NCBI GenBank assembly: GCA_973895155.1
Contig: OZ316896.1
Span: 22,711,722 to 22,775,721, forward strand
DNA length: 64,000 bases
From: Marsupella aquatica
Lineage: Eukaryota; Plantae; Marchantiophyta
Reading direction: 5' to 3'
Under the pieces are notes generated by a model. It searched no databases, was not told where the DNA came from, and saw only the letters and a program-made list of their open reading frames with translations. A program made the translations under genes and the position numbers. This document shows, in pieces, positions 63,901 through 64,000 of the stretch. Within the stretch, counting starts at the first letter, position 1. The number at the start of each line of letters is the position of its first letter.

Positions 63901-64000
63901 AGACGTCGTTCATAGCTGTGTTGTCAGCCTGTTCTCATGGGGGCCTTGTTGATGATGGCCGTAGAATCTTTTCAGCTATGACGCAAGATTATGGTATGGA
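60927..64000 (+). CDS. PLS-class pentatricopeptide repeat protein (probable organellar RNA-editing factor), 3' partial
   Basis: Open frame from ATG 60927 to the window end; P-L-S triplets VITWNVMIGGLAQHG / AFTYASILNASAS / LRVGNALVHMYAKSGS, then P2-L2 (FIAVLSACSHGGLVDDG); N-terminal extension. The E/DYW domain would lie beyond the window. Confidence 0.92.
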   Translation, partial: MTRKALWVNGYSTPAWVNARLKLIIQGRLQSCAYGIVGPVIRQMSGVAKVYNPCLQRVQHELDSFREQWRLQKNAAGREAQSAQPDYKGEAEARAGYQSVAGHDNHVAQLEAPSHQTRPGAAKWREAAKMIEQNRNLSQKVVGGIESRQQNTDSLKVQLERTGDMKAKLTRCITANGVQEIRDPKPLSGEEEEQSSAICEERVTENLGRQDMITEELLKRGNLREAGLELIGQGDLRSRSDCGSRDWSRTSAQRNGGSDMHSAVTTSQAIAVLQNRLQRGIITNSYTYVKVLQMCSKQKDLLAAKQVQDHIIQSGMGKNQYVAIILLNVYIRCGALLDARRVFDQLGKKSVITWNKMIAGYAKSNHTESAVKLFNQMRQEGVQPNEITYLSILKGCSSPLSLTYGNEIHEHIRHAGFEYDVRVGTALVLMYSKCGSITEARKVFEKLTNRNVITWNVMIRAYAELGHGVEAYRLFLQMRREGLQPDAFTYASILNASASEGALEWVKDVHGQASKAGVDSDLRVGNALVHMYAETGSINDARLVFDRMEKRDVITWNVMIGGLAQHGCGHEAYRVFLQMRQEGFEPDAFTYASILNASASAEALEWVREVHGHASKAGLESNLRVGSALVHMYAKSGSIDDARLVFDRMEKRDVVTWNTMIGGLAQHGSGYEAYRVFLQMRREGFEPNAYTYASILNASASEGALEWGKEVHGLASKAGLESDLHVGIALVHMYAKSGSIDDARLVFGRMEKRDVVAWNVMIGGLAQHGCGDEAYRLFLQMRREGFEPNAFTYASILNPSASAGALEWVKEVHGHASKAGLELDLRVGNALVHMYAKSGSIDDARLVFDRMEKRDVVTWNVMIGRLAQHGCGHEAFRVFLQMRREGFEPNAYTYTSLLNPSASAGALEWVKEVHGHASKAGLESDLRVCNALVHMYAKSGSIVDAQQLFDRLGKRDVITWNIMIGGLAQHGHGHEALELFRKMIADHVKPIETSFIAVLSACSHGGLVDDGRRIFSAMTQDYGM

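Noticed and set aside
62484-63913. Repetitive minus-strand ORFs
   Set aside because: Antisense shadows of the PPR repeats

Overview
Eukaryotic nuclear DNA from a land plant. The PLS-class PPR style and gene content suggest a bryophyte, possibly a moss (inference). The first ~16 kb is a nest of CACTA (En/Spm) DNA transposons. The main element starts at a CACTACAACA terminus at 2411 and has lost its right end near 11740. It carries a spliced DDE transposase, a divergently transcribed TnpA/Ptta-like gene and, unexpectedly, an intact SET-domain (lysine methyltransferase-like) gene. The SET exon sits between a Cys/His exon and the transposase body and appears to share that first exon with the transposase. 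The nest also holds a truncated sister-family CACTA, a complete non-autonomous CACTA and a one-ended CACTA fragment inside a solo LTR. The rest of the window holds a cluster of intronless CYP77/CYP89-like P450s (one intact, one frameshifted, and the 3' flank of a third at the window start), a full-length Ty1/copia element plus two related solo LTRs, a mitochondrial carrier gene, a FAD oxidoreductase, tRNA-Gly(TCC), an alpha-1,4-glycosyltransferase, Harbinger and HSP60 relics, two minisatellites and a PLS-type PPR gene running off the right end. All gene models and homologies were read by eye; no database searches were run.
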